64,000 nucleotides of DNA from Lama glama (taxonomy: Eukaryota): positions 5,892,001 through 5,956,000 of the forward strand of contig CM052818.1 in the NCBI GenBank assembly GCA_028534125.1, read 5' to 3'. Positions 63,271-64,000 of the stretch are shown here, piece after piece. How positions within the stretch are numbered: position 1 is the stretch's first letter; each line of letters starts with the position of its first letter. The notes under the pieces were generated by a model. That model was given only the letters and a program-made list of their open reading frames with translations. It was not told where the DNA came from and searched no databases. The position numbers and the translations under genes are program-made.

Positions 63271-64000
63271 TTTCACTTTCTTCTCTTCTACCCCAAGAGT
63301 CCCTTCTCTAGGTCCTAATCCAGAGTCGCATTCTCAGAGTTAAAAAATTCTGTTACTCAGACCCTAAGGTGTTAACTGCCAACAATTCTATCTGCATTAA
63401 AATTGTGCAGGTTCTAAAAACTCTTGAATCTTCTACAGGAAAACCAATGAATCTCTTAGTGATGGAATTTCAGGCCCAGAGATGAAATTCTTGAGGAGGG
63501 AGATACTTCTAGAGGCAGAAAAAGAACACTATGCAGATTTTTTGTTAGGCCTGAATGGAGCACAGGAGAATCCATGCTTGCAGTATTTCAGTGAACAGTT
63601 GTCACTTCCTCTGGGCCCAGGTATTTACTCTCTGACCTACAAGGCCAAGGCAGAAATCTATTAAGATCTGAAAAGAAGTATTTGTTGGAAAAAAACGAAA
63701 CCAGCTATAGCTACTCATCTAGAAATAATCCAGGGGCTGTGCGAGCTCCTGGTTCAGTTTTGAACTGGGCTTTATTTTCCAGTGGACTGGAATGTGCAAA
63801 GAAGCCTGGCTTGCAGGAATCTCCCACGGGCCTCCCCGAGATCCTTTGTGAAAATGTAAGTTATACTTATTCTCACTTGGAGTGAGAGCGTTGTATATTG
63901 TCTGGAAACAATTAGAGGTATTTTTCCATTTTGATCTGACAACCTCAGACACATAGGCAATTGTGGGGGTGGGGTGGGGGTGGTTAGAAGTTCTACTGTT

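Noticed and set aside
63482..63885. Short ORFs near the window end as pseudogene or exon remnants
   Set aside because: No similarity to any protein I recognise.

Overview
Mammalian genomic DNA, probably from a camelid, inferred from a tRNA-derived SINE and young L1 3' ends that resemble alpaca/camel families as I recall them. I found no intact protein-coding gene. The one protein-derived feature is an intronless, frameshifted processed pseudogene of SNX21 (minus strand, ~3493-5010) with a poly(A) signal and tail. Most of the rest is ancient interspersed repeat (MIR, L2, CR1/L3, L1M, MLT1, hAT-Charlie MERs) plus a few lineage-specific L1/SINE insertions, some with clear target-site duplications (TSDs). 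Repeat-free blocks at ~17.2-18.4 kb and ~26.1-27.7 kb carry PBX-HOX/MEIS/TCF/FOX motifs and look like developmental enhancers. A CpG island at ~54.5-55.55 kb is interrupted by a 100-N assembly gap. Two candidate small minus-strand exons (19 nt and 91 nt) lie just downstream of it, so the left ~50 kb may be intronic to an unidentified gene or lncRNA. Repeat family names and boundaries come from recalled consensus sequences and are approximate. I see no evidence of a new biological system; the most interesting items are local retrotransposition signatures and candidate regulatory or splicing elements.
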